This document shows positions 9,284 to 20,354 of a stretch of DNA of 64,000 nucleotides, piece after piece. The DNA lies in the NCBI GenBank assembly GCA_047947115.1, contig CP170459.1:224001-288000 (forward strand), written 5' to 3'. Position numbers and translations under genes: made by a program. A model generated the notes under the pieces. The model worked only from the letters and a program-made list of their open reading frames with translations, did no database searches and was not told where the DNA came from. The number at the start of each line of letters is the position of its first letter. Position 1 is the first letter of the stretch. The stretch is from Verrucomicrobiota bacterium (lineage in GTDB: Bacteria > Verrucomicrobiota > Verrucomicrobiia > Limisphaerales > AAA164-E04).

Positions 9284-10756
9284 ATGGGCAACGAAACACC
9301 ACTGAACCCCGCGCTGGAATACCTGCAGCATCGCACCCGTCGTCATTTCTTCAAGGAATCGGCAGCCGGCATCGGCGCCATGGCACTGTCCGAACTGCTG
9401 TCCCAGGACACCAACGCAGCCGGATCGACAGCGATTGAAAATCCTTTACGCCTCAAGTCACCGCACTTTGCGCCAAAGGCCAAACAGGTGATCTACCTGC
9501 ACCTCACCGGTTCCCCGCCCCATCTCGACCTGTTCGATTACAAACCCGAACTCGTCAAGCGGAACGACCAGGATTGCCCTGACGATTTTCTCAAAGGAAA
9601 ACGATTTGCATTCACCTCCGGCGTTCCAAAACTGATGGGAACCCCCAGAACGTTCAAACGCTACGGCAAAGGCGGCGTCTGGCTTTCTGATGCATTGCCC
9701 AACCTGCAGAAGGTGGCGGACGAACTCTGCGTGATCAAGTCCATGCACACCGATCAATTCAATCACGCACCCGCCGAATTGTTGATCTACACCGGTTCTC
9801 CCCGCCCCGGGAGACCTTCCATCGGTTCCTGGGCGACCTATGGCCTGGGCACTGAAAACCAGAACCTGCCCGGATTTGTGGTGTTGATCTCCAGCGGAGT
9901 CCAACCCAACGGTGGACGCAACTCCTATGGCAGCGGTTTTCTGCCCTCGGTGTACCAGGGAGTGCAATGTCGTTCAAAAGGAGATCCCGTGCTGTTCGCT
10001 TCCGATCCAGCAGGCCTCCCCCGCGACCTTCGACGTAAGAGTCTGGACACACTGAATGCACTGAACGCCATGCAGGCGGACGAACTCGGTCACCCCGAAA
10101 CCCTGACCCGCATGTCCCAATACGAACTCGCCTTCCGCATGCAGACCTCGGTTCCGGACGTCATGGATATTTCCAAAGAAAAACAAACCACTCTGGAAGA
10201 CTATGGAGCGGAGGCAGGAGCAGCCAGTTTTGCCAACAATTGCCTTTTGGCCCGCCGTTTGGTCGAACAAGGTGTGCGCTATGTTCAGCTCTTCGACTGG
10301 GGATGGGATTTCCACGGCACCGGCCCCAACGAAGATATCCGTGACGGACTCACACGCAAGTGCGCCACCATGGAAAAACCCGTCGCTGCCTTGATCCGCG
10401 ACCTCAAACAACGCGGCATGCTGGACGAAACACTCATCGTGCTCGGCGGCGAATTCGGCCGCACCCCCTTCCGTGAAGGCCGCACCGCCAAAGGGAACAT
10501 CCTTGGCCGCGATCATTTTCCTGATTGCTATTCCATGATGCTGGCAGGCGGTGGCATCAAAGGAGGCATGATGTATGGAGCATCGGACGAACTCGGGTTC
10601 AGCGTCGCTGAAAACCCAGTGCACGTCCACGACCTGCAGGCCACCATCCTGAACCAGCTCGGATTCAACCACGAACGGCTTACATTCCGATTCCAGGGCC
10701 GCGACTACCGCCTCACCGACGTCGCCGGCGAAGTCGTCAAACCCATCCTGGCATAG
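9284..10756 (+). CDS. DUF1501 domain-containing protein (Tat signal)
   Basis: TRRHFF; HFAPKAKQVIYL, DLFDYKP, ARRLVEQGVRYVQL, GEFGRTP, GRDH, RLTDVAG; follows the DUF1553 gene. Confidence 0.92.
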   Translation: MGNETPLNPALEYLQHRTRRHFFKESAAGIGAMALSELLSQDTNAAGSTAIENPLRLKSPHFAPKAKQVIYLHLTGSPPHLDLFDYKPELVKRNDQDCPDDFLKGKRFAFTSGVPKLMGTPRTFKRYGKGGVWLSDALPNLQKVADELCVIKSMHTDQFNHAPAELLIYTGSPRPGRPSIGSWATYGLGTENQNLPGFVVLISSGVQPNGGRNSYGSGFLPSVYQGVQCRSKGDPVLFASDPAGLPRDLRRKSLDTLNALNAMQADELGHPETLTRMSQYELAFRMQTSVPDVMDISKEKQTTLEDYGAEAGAASFANNCLLARRLVEQGVRYVQLFDWGWDFHGTGPNEDIRDGLTRKCATMEKPVAALIRDLKQRGMLDETLIVLGGEFGRTPFREGRTAKGNILGRDHFPDCYSMMLAGGGIKGGMMYGASDELGFSVAENPVHVHDLQATILNQLGFNHERLTFRFQGRDYRLTDVAGEVVKPILA

Positions 10757-10889
10757 TCACCTCACGTGCAAAATCACGGCCAATTGAAACCCGGACGGCT
10801 CAAAACCGCCAACGCGTACAACCACTGCCTTCAGGGCTTTGGTTGACGAGTGATTGAAAACATCCGGCAAGCGGAGCGGTTTCAGGTTT

Positions 10890-12404
10890 TCACAATAATG
10901 GATTTAACTTCTCGGCAAGCTTGTTCTTCAAATCCTGGCTGAACCCGACAATGACATCCCGCACCGTCCCGTCTCGATCAACAATCAACATCGTCGGCAG
11001 CCCGCGCACAAGACAGACATCTTTGAACGCGTCACTGCCATAGGTGAACGTGTAGGTGTAGCCGTTTTTCCTGGCATAGGATCTGGCGGTCTTTGGAGAG
11101 TTGGTGACGTTGCCTTCTCCATCTCTTTCGGAGGTATTGGCACCGATCACCATCAAACCTCGTTCTGAATACTCCTCATGCAGTGCCTGCAACACTGGAG
11201 AAGCCGCCAGACAGGGTCCACACCAACTCGCCCAGAAATCAATCAACAAAACCTTGCCGGAAACGTTCGCGCTGGTCAGTTCCGTGCCGTCGATCACGGA
11301 CAGTTTAAAGTCGGCTAACGGTTTGCCTATAAGGGATTCCGGCCCGGGTCCTTCCGGTGGCGCAGCAACATTGGGTTTCACCGCCACCAGCGGAATGCTC
11401 TTGACGGCCGCGGATTGCCCGGCTCGCTGTGCTTGGCTTGCGGCAGTCATCATGGGCACCCCCGGCACAACCACGGACGGGACTTGATCAACCCTCTCAG
11501 CCAGTTTTTGTGAACCCTCCCCCGCCGCGATTCCGAGCAAAGCACGGATCGAGTGAAGCGAGACACAATTCTTAACCACCATTTGAGAAGGCCCCTTGTC
11601 CTGTTTCTCTCCTTCTCCATTCCGGGGTTTGGTGCCGTGATAGTAAATGGTATCCGTGCTAGATACCATGCCGACCACCTCCCCTTGATCGTTGAGGACC
11701 GGACCACCGGATGACCCTCGGGCGTAATCGGCGGTAATCGACATCCAAATGGAAGGTGATCCCCCTCCGTGCCCGTGTCTGGAAAACAAGCGAGACACGT
11801 GGCCGGATGTATAAGTGTAAAAACGGTGGTCCTGATGACTGATCACGTGAACGCCATCTCCCACACCCACAGCGGTGGCAACAGGCAACGGCACAAATCC
11901 CCGCCCTCTGACTCGAAACACGGCAACGTCCGCCGAACGGTTAGCCGACTCCACCTTCACAATCTCCTCAAACCTTCCGTCAAAAGTCAAAATACCGAAC
12001 GCCTCGCTATCCGATTTTTCGAAAACATGATTGTTGGTTACCATCAAACCATCCGACGAAAGCACCCACCCCGTCGCCACCCTGCCGAGATGCCATTGAT
12101 CGCAATGATCACATTTGAAAACCGACCCAACCAGCACCACGCTCTGCACTTGGGCATCGTAATCCAACTTGTCTCCCGAATTGGCCCGAAGTGGCTCGAA
12201 ATTTAACTCCATTCCCAGGGAAGCTTCCAACTGATCTGTCAAATCGTTTCCAGTGACATGATCCGCACGCTCAGCAACATCAATGAGGGATCGATGCAGC
12301 CTCCCCATGAGAACCGAATCATTGATGACAGGCGAAGCGGCCATGCCGGAGCAGGCGACGAGCAGGAACAGCACGTATTGTAAAATTCTCAGTGTTTTCA
12401 TCAT
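10890..12404 (-). CDS. Secreted trypsin-like serine protease fused to a C-terminal TlpA-like thioredoxin domain
   Basis: Signal peptide; triad motifs TNNHV, ADVAV, GSSGGP; C-terminal GKVLLIDFWASWCGPC...GLPTMLIVDRDG. Confidence 0.85.
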   Translation of the reverse strand: MMKTLRILQYVLFLLVACSGMAASPVINDSVLMGRLHRSLIDVAERADHVTGNDLTDQLEASLGMELNFEPLRANSGDKLDYDAQVQSVVLVGSVFKCDHCDQWHLGRVATGWVLSSDGLMVTNNHVFEKSDSEAFGILTFDGRFEEIVKVESANRSADVAVFRVRGRGFVPLPVATAVGVGDGVHVISHQDHRFYTYTSGHVSRLFSRHGHGGGSPSIWMSITADYARGSSGGPVLNDQGEVVGMVSSTDTIYYHGTKPRNGEGEKQDKGPSQMVVKNCVSLHSIRALLGIAAGEGSQKLAERVDQVPSVVVPGVPMMTAASQAQRAGQSAAVKSIPLVAVKPNVAAPPEGPGPESLIGKPLADFKLSVIDGTELTSANVSGKVLLIDFWASWCGPCLAASPVLQALHEEYSERGLMVIGANTSERDGEGNVTNSPKTARSYARKNGYTYTFTYGSDAFKDVCLVRGLPTMLIVDRDGTVRDVIVGFSQDLKNKLAEKLNPLL

Positions 12405-12730
12405 GTCTGGACGGATTTGACTGTATCTCCCCCCCTCATTCACAGAATGGATGATCCAGGGAATGAGACGCGCAAGGTCCCATGAGATACCAGCCGACCT
12501 CCATCCTCTCATTTCACTGACTATACGGAAAGCCTTATGTAGTACCACCCAGACAATGGATCCGGATCAGAGCAGTTGGAAAACACGTTGATTTTGGTTA
12601 GGATGCGCTGCTGCAGGTCTGCCCACAATGCCATTCAAAGCTTCAAAGGGTTCGTTGCTCAAAACACAATTTTGTCTAAGTTATGTTTATTTTTATTTGA
12701 CATTAATTAGACAAGCAGCATTGTAGGGAC

Positions 12731-14035
12731 ATGACGATCAAGTTGCGTGTTTACTTTTGGCTGGTCTGGATGCTTCTGGGCGGGATTTCGGCGTTGCTTG
12801 GAGCGGAAAATGAAGGCTCATGGCCACAATGGCGCGGCCCCGAAAGGGATGGGCGGTATGCAGGAAAGACCTGGCCTCAAGCCATCAACAAGGAAAACTT
12901 CAAGCAGGCATGGCATATCAAACTCGCCCCCAGCTACAGCTCTCCGGTGGCAGACAAGGAAATGGTTTACACCACGGAATCGCTCCCCTCAGGCAAGGAA
13001 CAAGTGACAGCCTACCATCGGAACACAGGAGATCTCGCTTGGAGCCAAAGTTGGGAAGGAAGCATGAAAGTGCCGTTCTTCGCGGCGTCCAACGGAAGCT
13101 GGATACGCTCCACTCCCGCATTGGCAGACGGTAAAATGTTCGTCCTGGGCATGCAGGAACGACTTGTATGCCTTGATACCAAAACAGGAAAGAAACTTTG
13201 GGAGATGGACATCCCCAAGACCCTACAAACACCCGAGCCCGCATTCGGAGGCGTGTCTTCCCCCATGATGATCAACGGTTCCCTGTATGTGCAGGCAGGA
13301 GGAGGAATCATCAAGCTGGATACCAGCTCCGGCAATCTGGTCTGGACTTCCCGACTCTCCAATGATGCCATGAACCAAAGTCCGTTTGCCTCGCCACGCC
13401 TTCATTCGTTCGAAGGCAAAGAACAGATCATATCACTTGGCAGAACGTCACTGGCAGGCATCGACCCTCAAAACGGCGAACTGCTCTGGGAACAGGAAGT
13501 TCCCGCATTTCGAGGCATGAACATTTTGACGCCGACATTCGTTGGAAAGGGTATCCTCACCGCAACCTACGGAGGAAAAACCCATTTGTTCACTCCGGAA
13601 CAAAACCTGAACAAGGACTGGACCGTCACCGAGTCATGGAATCAAAAGTTCCAGGGATACATGAGCAACCCGGTCATCATCGACGGACACGCCTACCTTC
13701 ACGGCCGAAGTGGACGAATGGTCTGCCTGAACACCGAAACGGGCGAGATCAACTGGACCTCAAAAGAAAGTCTTGGAAAATACTGTTCCATGATCTTTCA
13801 AGATAACCGCATACTGGCCCTCTCAAACGACGGCAAACTACGTCTCCTGACGGCCAATCCAAACGCATACGAAGTGCTATCCAGCCTGAAAATTTCCGAA
13901 GAAGATACCTGGGCCCACATCGCCATGACCGACCGTCAAATCTTTATCCGATCTCTCAATTCACTGACTACCTGGCAATGGCAGGACTCCATAGCCCACT
14001 CAGACAGAACAGTCGCCATCTCATCCCAAAAATAG
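12731..14035 (+). CDS. PQQ-binding-like beta-propeller repeat protein
   Basis: Signal peptide, WPQWRGPERDG, repeated CLD..TGK.LW blades, C-terminal WAH...IFIRS. Confidence 0.88.
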   Translation: MTIKLRVYFWLVWMLLGGISALLGAENEGSWPQWRGPERDGRYAGKTWPQAINKENFKQAWHIKLAPSYSSPVADKEMVYTTESLPSGKEQVTAYHRNTGDLAWSQSWEGSMKVPFFAASNGSWIRSTPALADGKMFVLGMQERLVCLDTKTGKKLWEMDIPKTLQTPEPAFGGVSSPMMINGSLYVQAGGGIIKLDTSSGNLVWTSRLSNDAMNQSPFASPRLHSFEGKEQIISLGRTSLAGIDPQNGELLWEQEVPAFRGMNILTPTFVGKGILTATYGGKTHLFTPEQNLNKDWTVTESWNQKFQGYMSNPVIIDGHAYLHGRSGRMVCLNTETGEINWTSKESLGKYCSMIFQDNRILALSNDGKLRLLTANPNAYEVLSSLKISEEDTWAHIAMTDRQIFIRSLNSLTTWQWQDSIAHSDRTVAISSQK

Positions 14036-14100
14036 CAAGCCATTCAGCATGCTGCTTACCTTGAGCATGTTACGATTACAACTTACCAATGTTGATTCAG

Positions 14101-14142
14101 AAAAAAGCGGGCCGTCGATACTTAGAACCGACAGCCCGCTTT
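14101..14142 (-). terminator. Rho-independent terminator of the cold-shock gene
   Basis: AAAAAAGCGGGC...GCCCGCTTT hairpin just downstream of the csp stop. Confidence 0.65.
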
Positions 14143-14170
14143 ACAATGTTATGACTTGTTCCTAGTGAAA

Positions 14171-14377
14171 TCAGCAGGAGACAACGTTGTTGGCACACGG
14201 CCCTTTCTGGCCCTGGCCTACTTCGAATTCGACGGCCTGACCGTCTGCTAATGTTGCATAGTTGCCACCACTTTTAATTTCTGAATGATGAACAAAGAGA
14301 TCTTTGCCGCCATCATCAGGCGTAATGAAACCGAAACCCTTATCAGGATTGAACCACTTAACTGTACCTTTACTCAT
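14171..14377 (-). CDS. cspA: Cold-shock protein
   Basis: [17 protein letters not shown]...DLFVHHS (RNP1/RNP2). Confidence 0.95.
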   Translation of the reverse strand: MSKGTVKWFNPDKGFGFITPDDGGKDLFVHHSEIKSGGNYATLADGQAVEFEVGQGQKGPCANNVVSC

Positions 14378-14589
14378 TAATATTACTTTGTACTATTGTT
14401 TTAACTAGAATGTCATGTTCCGAATCTACTGGAACAAACATCTATTGAACTCAGGGAGTGCCATCAAATCAGTAAGGACACTACCCATCAAGGAAACCAT
14501 CTCACAAAAATTGCCGTCCGTCCATCTTTTAACACAAACCGTTTTTGCGTACTACAATTTACCGGGAACCACTCCTGCAGAGACCGGGA

Positions 14590-14900
14590 AGTCCCAGCAT
14601 CCCAAAAGTTCATATGTCCCCAGTTTCAGGCAACCTTCCGGTCGTAAGAGTGAAACATGCCCCCAAGTCTCCTTCGACAGCCACTTGATCTTCCGTTTTG
14701 ATGATTTTGCTATGGAGCCCTTGGTGCGGTCGCTGTTGGTTGTCATACATTTCCAATTCTAAAAGCTCACTCCGGAGAGACTGTCCTCCAGATAAAATCA
14801 TCCGTTCAGCACACAATTCCCATGCCGATCGAACCCAGCGCTCAGCAAACGCATTCAAGACAGGACTGCATGGTGGTCATTTGATTATCTCCCCCCTGTA
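14590..14900 (-). pseudogene. Degenerate integrase core (rve) transposase fragment
   Basis: Minus strand reads GEIIK*PPCSPVLNAFAERWVRS...SLR...YDNQQRPHQGL, matching the PxxNAxAERWVRS / YNxxRPHQGL pattern, with an in-frame stop. Confidence 0.7.
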
Positions 14901-15597
14901 ACAACTCAAGTTGAACCGTATGCTGCCGGACGGATCGGTGGATTGTTGATGGCGAAAATGCCCCAACCACCATGTAGCGATCAAACATCCCGGAATGAAT
15001 CAGCCGTGACTTCCACCTGTATGGTGACGGGATTCCCTATCCAATTTACTTTCCACTCAACCACAGGACTGTAACAATGGACCAGGTGGTCAAATGAACT
15101 CTTGTTACATGATGAAGTCTGAATTATTCCGTGCGCTGGCACTGATTCAAATGCTCCTGGCGACTCCGTTTGCAGCTGATGCTGTGGAGATTTTTGTGGC
15201 GAAAAATGGTGATGATCACAACTCAGGAACACAAACACTCCCGCTTAAAACTATTGTGGCGGCACGCAACAAGGTTCGTGATCTAAGATCAAATGGCACA
15301 TTGCAAGGCGAAGGAGCGATCGTTTCCATTCGTGGTGGAATCTACGAATGGACGGAACCTCTGCATCTGGACAAAGAAGATTCAGGCACCACGGACTCAC
15401 CTGTCATCTACCGCGCGGCTCCTGGCGAAAAGGTACACCTGACAGGGGCACGCCGTGTTGTTGGTTTTGCCCCCGTCAGTGATACAAGGATTCTTGAAAG
15501 GATTCGACCAGAAGCGCGGGGTCATGTTCATGTAGCCGATTTGCGGGCAAATGGGATCGAGGATCTTGGAACGGTTGCAACCAAAGGAAAAACAATC

Positions 15598-17129
15598 GGG
15601 TCTTCTCAAAAAAGAGTGGGTAAATTGAGCACGTCGGGATGCCCTATCGCTCTGTTCCAGTCCAGTAAAACATCAGCATAACTCCCCCGCTGACGCGGAG
15701 TCGGCCTTCGGCACTTATATGATGTTTTCCTGGACTTCCACGACGCGAGAGGGCCTACGGGTGGTGTGGTTTTTCTCCAAGAAAAACCCAGAGGATTTTT
15801 ATTCGAAAAGCATCGGCAATCTCCTCAACATGGCGTCGCCAAAACAAACCTCGTCAAAGAGTGCCGATGCTGTTGAAAACCTTGCTCAATCGTTGCCATA
15901 AATTCAAATCCTTTGTCTATCGCCAAGCATGCTTCCAGGAAGTTGAAGGAGTCGAAGCTATTGTCGTAAGCGTTGAACCACGGCAAAACAGCCGCCCAGT
16001 ATGTTCAAAGTGCAATCGTAGTGCTTCCACCTATGACCATCGTCCTGGAAAACGAAAGTTTCGATTCATCCCCTTATGGGGGTGGCCGGTGTTTCTTGAA
16101 TACCGGATGCGAAGAGTTAACTGCCCCAATGACGGTGTTGTCATCGAATCGGTTCCTTGGGCCAAAGGAAAAAGCCGGATAACCTGTGTCATGGAACACT
16201 TCCTTGCACAGTGGGCTCGGAAACTTTCATGGAAAGAAGTTGCCCAGACCTTTGAAGTCAGTTGGCAATCGGTGTATCGGTCCGTTGCTTCCATTGTTGA
16301 ATACGGCTTGAAGCACAGGAGTTTGGACGATATTAATGCCATCGGAGTTGATGAGGTGCATTTTGGAAAGGGGCAAAAGTATCTGACGGTGGTTTACCAG
16401 ATAGATCAAGGCACGCGCCGATTGTTAAGCGTCACCAAGGAGAGAACCGAGCAATCCCTTCGGGATTTTTTTAAGATCCTCACTCAAAAGCAACTTGAGT
16501 CCATTCAATTTGTTTGTTCGGACATGTGGAAACCTTATCTCAATGTGATTAAGGAAAAACTCGAACACGCCCTCCACGTGTTGGATCGCTTCCATATCGT
16601 AGCCAATCTGAACAAAGCAATCAATGAAGTCAGGGCGGTCGAAGCGCGTAAGATGCGTCAGGACGGATACCAGGAAGTGCTTAAACACACCAAATACTGC
16701 TTTCTCAAACGTCGTGAGAACCTCACGCCCAATCAAAAGATTAAGCTGGAGGAAGTCCTCCAGTATGATCTGAAAAGTGTTCGGGCATTTTTGCTCAAAG
16801 AAGCATTTGAGTTCTTTTGGAATTACACTAGCCCATATTGGGCTGAGTGGTATTTGAACAAGTGGTGCACCAGAGCTATGCGCTCACGTCTGGAACCCAT
16901 CAAGAAATTTGCCAGCAGCCTACGAAAACATCAGCCGCTGATCCTGAATTGGTTCAGGGCCAAAAAGACTATTTCGTCGGGAGTTGTTGAGGGTTTGAAC
17001 CGCAAAATAAATCTGACTACCAGAAAAGCCTACGGCTATCGTAGCTTTGAAGTGCTTAAAATAGCCCTTTTTCACACAATGGGTGAACTACCCGAACCTA
17101 AATTTACCCACAGATTCTGAAGAAGAGGC
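15598..17129 (+). mobile_element. ISL3-family insertion sequence, 1532 bp, 8-bp TSD AAACAATC
   Basis: 29-bp imperfect IRs GGGTCTTCTCAAAAAAGAGTGGGTAAATT / GCCTCTTCTTCAGAATCTGTGGGTAAATT; TSD at 15590-15597 and 17130-17137. Confidence 0.95.
15867..17120 (+). CDS. ISL3 family transposase
   Basis: Zn finger CSKC...C, IGVDE, CSDMW, DRFH, SSGVVEGLN, RKAYGYRS. Confidence 0.95.
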   Translation: MLLKTLLNRCHKFKSFVYRQACFQEVEGVEAIVVSVEPRQNSRPVCSKCNRSASTYDHRPGKRKFRFIPLWGWPVFLEYRMRRVNCPNDGVVIESVPWAKGKSRITCVMEHFLAQWARKLSWKEVAQTFEVSWQSVYRSVASIVEYGLKHRSLDDINAIGVDEVHFGKGQKYLTVVYQIDQGTRRLLSVTKERTEQSLRDFFKILTQKQLESIQFVCSDMWKPYLNVIKEKLEHALHVLDRFHIVANLNKAINEVRAVEARKMRQDGYQEVLKHTKYCFLKRRENLTPNQKIKLEEVLQYDLKSVRAFLLKEAFEFFWNYTSPYWAEWYLNKWCTRAMRSRLEPIKKFASSLRKHQPLILNWFRAKKTISSGVVEGLNRKINLTTRKAYGYRSFEVLKIALFHTMGELPEPKFTHRF

Positions 17130-18719
17130 AAACAATCGAACTGTTCTTTCGCGACAAACCCATGCAGCTTTCCCGTTGGCCTGATACGGGGTTTGTCCAA
17201 ATCAAAGACGTGGTCGGAAACTCCACCTTCAAGTCCCATGGAATTCCTGGCACCAAAGAAGGTTGGTTCACCTATGAGGAAAATCGTCAGAGCCAATGGA
17301 ACAAGGAGAATGATGCCTGGCTGCATGGTTATTGGTTTTGGGATTGGTCTGATTCGTTTGAGCAAATAGAGTCCATCGATCCGGCAACCAAAACGATCAA
17401 ACTCCATTCCCCCTACCACCATTATGGCTATCGAAACGGGCAACGATATTATGCACTCAATCTGTTGGCCGAACTCGATCAACCGGGCGAATGGTACATA
17501 GATCGCCAAACAAACCTGCTCTACTCTTGGCCGCCGGATACCATGCAAGACGGAGACGTTCGTGTTTCAGTGCTTTCAAATCTTGTTCAAATGGAATCGT
17601 GCGAGGGTGTTGTTTTCCGCGATCTTATCTTTGAAGGGACCCGATCGACTGCCATCGAAATCAACGAATCCAAGGACTGTCGAGTTGAGCAATGCACCGT
17701 TCGCAACACGGGTAGCTGGGGTGTGGTCATTAGCGGCGGATCTCATTGCGAGGTTAAGGATAGCGAACTTTACGCATTGGGTGAGGGTGGGATTTCCCTT
17801 AGCGGCGGTGACCGTCCTACGCTGACTCCGGCCGGGCATGCGAGCATCAACAATCATATTCACCATTTTGGAAGAATCTATCGCACCTATCGTCCCGCCG
17901 TGGGCGTTTCAGGTGTAGGCAATCGAGTCGCTCAGAACGAAATTCATGACGGACCTCACAACGCCATTCAACTGGGCGGGAACGATCATATCATCGAGTT
18001 GAATGAAATCTACAAGGTATGCTTTGAAACGGGAGATGTGGGCGCGTTTTACATGGGGCGTGACTGGACCCAGCGTGGCACGATCATCCGACATAATTAC
18101 TTCCACGACATCCGTGGTCCAGGTCTGCATGGGGCGATGGCAGTCTACCTGGATGATGCCGCCAGTGGAATACAGATCATCGGCAATGTCTTTTATCGCG
18201 CAGGTCGGGCCGCGTTCATTGGTGGAGGTCGGGACAATCTTGTCCAAAATAATATCTTTGTTGATTGTGAACCTTCGGTCCATGTGGACGCCAGAGGCGT
18301 CGGCTGGATGCATGAGACCATTTCAGGCATCATGCCGGAGCGCCTGAGAGCAGTACCCTATCGCCAGTCCCCATGGAAGGAACGTTATCCACAATTATTG
18401 ACCCTTTTCGAAGACGAGCCGGGGAGACCCAAGTATAACGTCATTCGACGTAACATTTCCTGGGGTGGAACATGGCTCAATGCAGAAAAAGCAGCCAAAC
18501 CCCTCATCACCTTTGAAAACAATTTAATCGATACGGATCCGCTTTTTGAGGGCAAACCACGCTCCACCAATGGCAACATCCTGGACTTCCGCCTCCCCCC
18601 CAATTCTCCCGCATTTGACATTGGATTTGAAAAACTTCCCCTGGAGAAGATCGGACGACAAAACCGATGACATTACAGACTACAAATCGGCTCGTTCTTC
18701 ATAAACCTCAGCTCGACTA

Positions 18720-18818
18720 TCATGTAGAAGCCTTCTCCAGACGATCCGCAATCCATACTTTGATGATGGACTGACGAGTGACGCCCAAGCGCTTCGCTTC
18801 TCGGTCCAGAGAGCCAAC
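18720..18818 (-). pseudogene. C-terminal remnant of a BrnA/CopG-family antitoxin
   Basis: Minus strand reads VGSLDREAKRLGVTRQSIIKVWIADRLEKAST* (stop at 18720-18722); the 5' part is replaced by istA sequence. Confidence 0.75.
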
Positions 18819-19593
18819 TGTGGTCAAATACACTCGACTCAACTTCATGGTTCCAGTGCCTCAAGTACGGGATTTTGAAGAGCTCAATGCACAACTCAGG
18901 CAACAATGTCAGGAAGAACTTAAACGTCGACTCAGGGGTAAATCCGATTCTAAAGAGGTTCTCCTAACTGAAGATCAGGCAGCCATGATTCCATTGCCTG
19001 CCAGCCCATTTGAAGCAGCTCGAAAAGTGTCTACCACAGCTAATTCCCTGTCTTTGGTGCGTTTTGATTGCAATGATTATTCTGTTCCGGTCTGCTGGGC
19101 GCATCATCCCATCGTTGCCAAAGGATTTTGCTGGGAAGTATTCCTTTATGCACAAGGACAAGAAGTTGCTCGTCATTCGCGGATTTGGGACAAGGAAAAA
19201 GTTAAGTTTGAACCAGTGCATTACTTGGCGTTGTTGGAACGTAAACCTGGTGCATTAGATCACGCGTTACCGCTGGATAAATGGGAACTACCGGAAACGT
19301 TCACCACTCTGCGAAAACGCCTGGAAAACCAATACGGGGGTGAAGGTGTTCGAGAGTATATCAAAATCCTTCGCTTACTGGAGAAGCATTCCATGCCAGC
19401 GTTGGTGCGCGCATTATCCAAGGCTCTGGAGTATGGAGCTATCACCCGAGATGCGGTGGCTCAGTTTTTGTGTCCTCAAGAGACATGGTGTGAACAAACC
19501 TTCAACCTGGATGGGCATCCTCATTTGAAACATGTTTGGGTCAAAGCACCGGACTTGAGTGAGTATGCCCAATTGGTGGGAGGTGAACGATGA
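18819..19593 (+). pseudogene. istA: IS21 transposase, 5'-truncated
   Basis: VVKYTRLNFMVPVP, SLVRFDCNDYSVP, HYLALLERKPGALD; HTH and most of the DDE region missing. Confidence 0.85.
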
Positions 19594-20354
19594 ACAAGGA
19601 TGTACCAAATGTGCTGCTCGCTCACCATCTCAAGGCGCTCAAACTACCAACGATTTTAAGGGAATATGAATCGATGGCTCAGTTGTGCGCGAAGGAACGT
19701 AGTGGATATGCCGAGTTTTTGTTGCGATTAACCGAACGTGAATTGATCGAACGTGAGCAACGTGCTTCTGAAAGACGTATCCGGCAAGCGATGTTCCCGG
19801 TGTTAAAGACCCTGGACAGCTTTGATTTTACGATGCAGCCCTCAATCAATGAAGCCAGTGTCCGAGAGTTGATAAGGGGTGAGTTTGTGCAACGTAAAGA
19901 AAATGTCCTATTGGTGGGCAATCCTGGCACAGGAAAATCCCACTTGGCGACAGCATTGGGACACGCTGCCTGCATGCAGGGACTCAAGGTAAAGTTTTTC
20001 AGTGTTACCGGACTGGTGACGACGCTACTGGAACATCGAGAAGAACGAACTTTGCAGCGTTTCAAAAAGCAGTTGGAGCGTTACCACTTGATCATTTTAG
20101 ATGAACTGGGATACGTCCCGTTTTCAAAAACAGGAGCCGAACTGCTATTTGATGTTGTCAGTCGGGCCTACGAACGAACAAGTCTGGTAGTAACGACCAA
20201 TTTGCCCTTTGAACAATGGACAGAAGTCATGGGAAGCGAACGCCTCACGGGAGCCATGCTTGATCGCCTGACACATCGCGTTCATATCCTTGAAGCCAAT
20301 GGGGAGAGTTATCGCCTGAAGGACTCCAAGAAACGAAAGAATAGGAAATCATGA
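19590..20354 (+). CDS. istB: IS21-like element helper ATPase
   Basis: GNPGTGKS, LIILDELGY, TTNLPF, AMLDRLTHR, GESYR; ATGA overlap with istA. Confidence 0.95.
   Translation: MNKDVPNVLLAHHLKALKLPTILREYESMAQLCAKERSGYAEFLLRLTERELIEREQRASERRIRQAMFPVLKTLDSFDFTMQPSINEASVRELIRGEFVQRKENVLLVGNPGTGKSHLATALGHAACMQGLKVKFFSVTGLVTTLLEHREERTLQRFKKQLERYHLIILDELGYVPFSKTGAELLFDVVSRAYERTSLVVTTNLPFEQWTEVMGSERLTGAMLDRLTHRVHILEANGESYRLKDSKKRKNRKS

Larger units (their letters stand above)
15094..18670 (+). pseudogene. Secreted right-handed parallel beta-helix protein interrupted by ISL3
   Basis: N-part IFVAKNGDDHNSGT..PLKT and C-part with beta-helix repeats (HHFGR, ETGDVGAFY, VYLDD); removing the IS and one TSD restores the frame ...KGKTI-ELFFRDKPMQLSRWPD (about 678 aa). 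Confidence 0.88.

Noticed and set aside
14378..14550. cspA-type 5' UTR thermosensor
   Set aside because: Plausible by position, but no conserved structure could be verified by eye.
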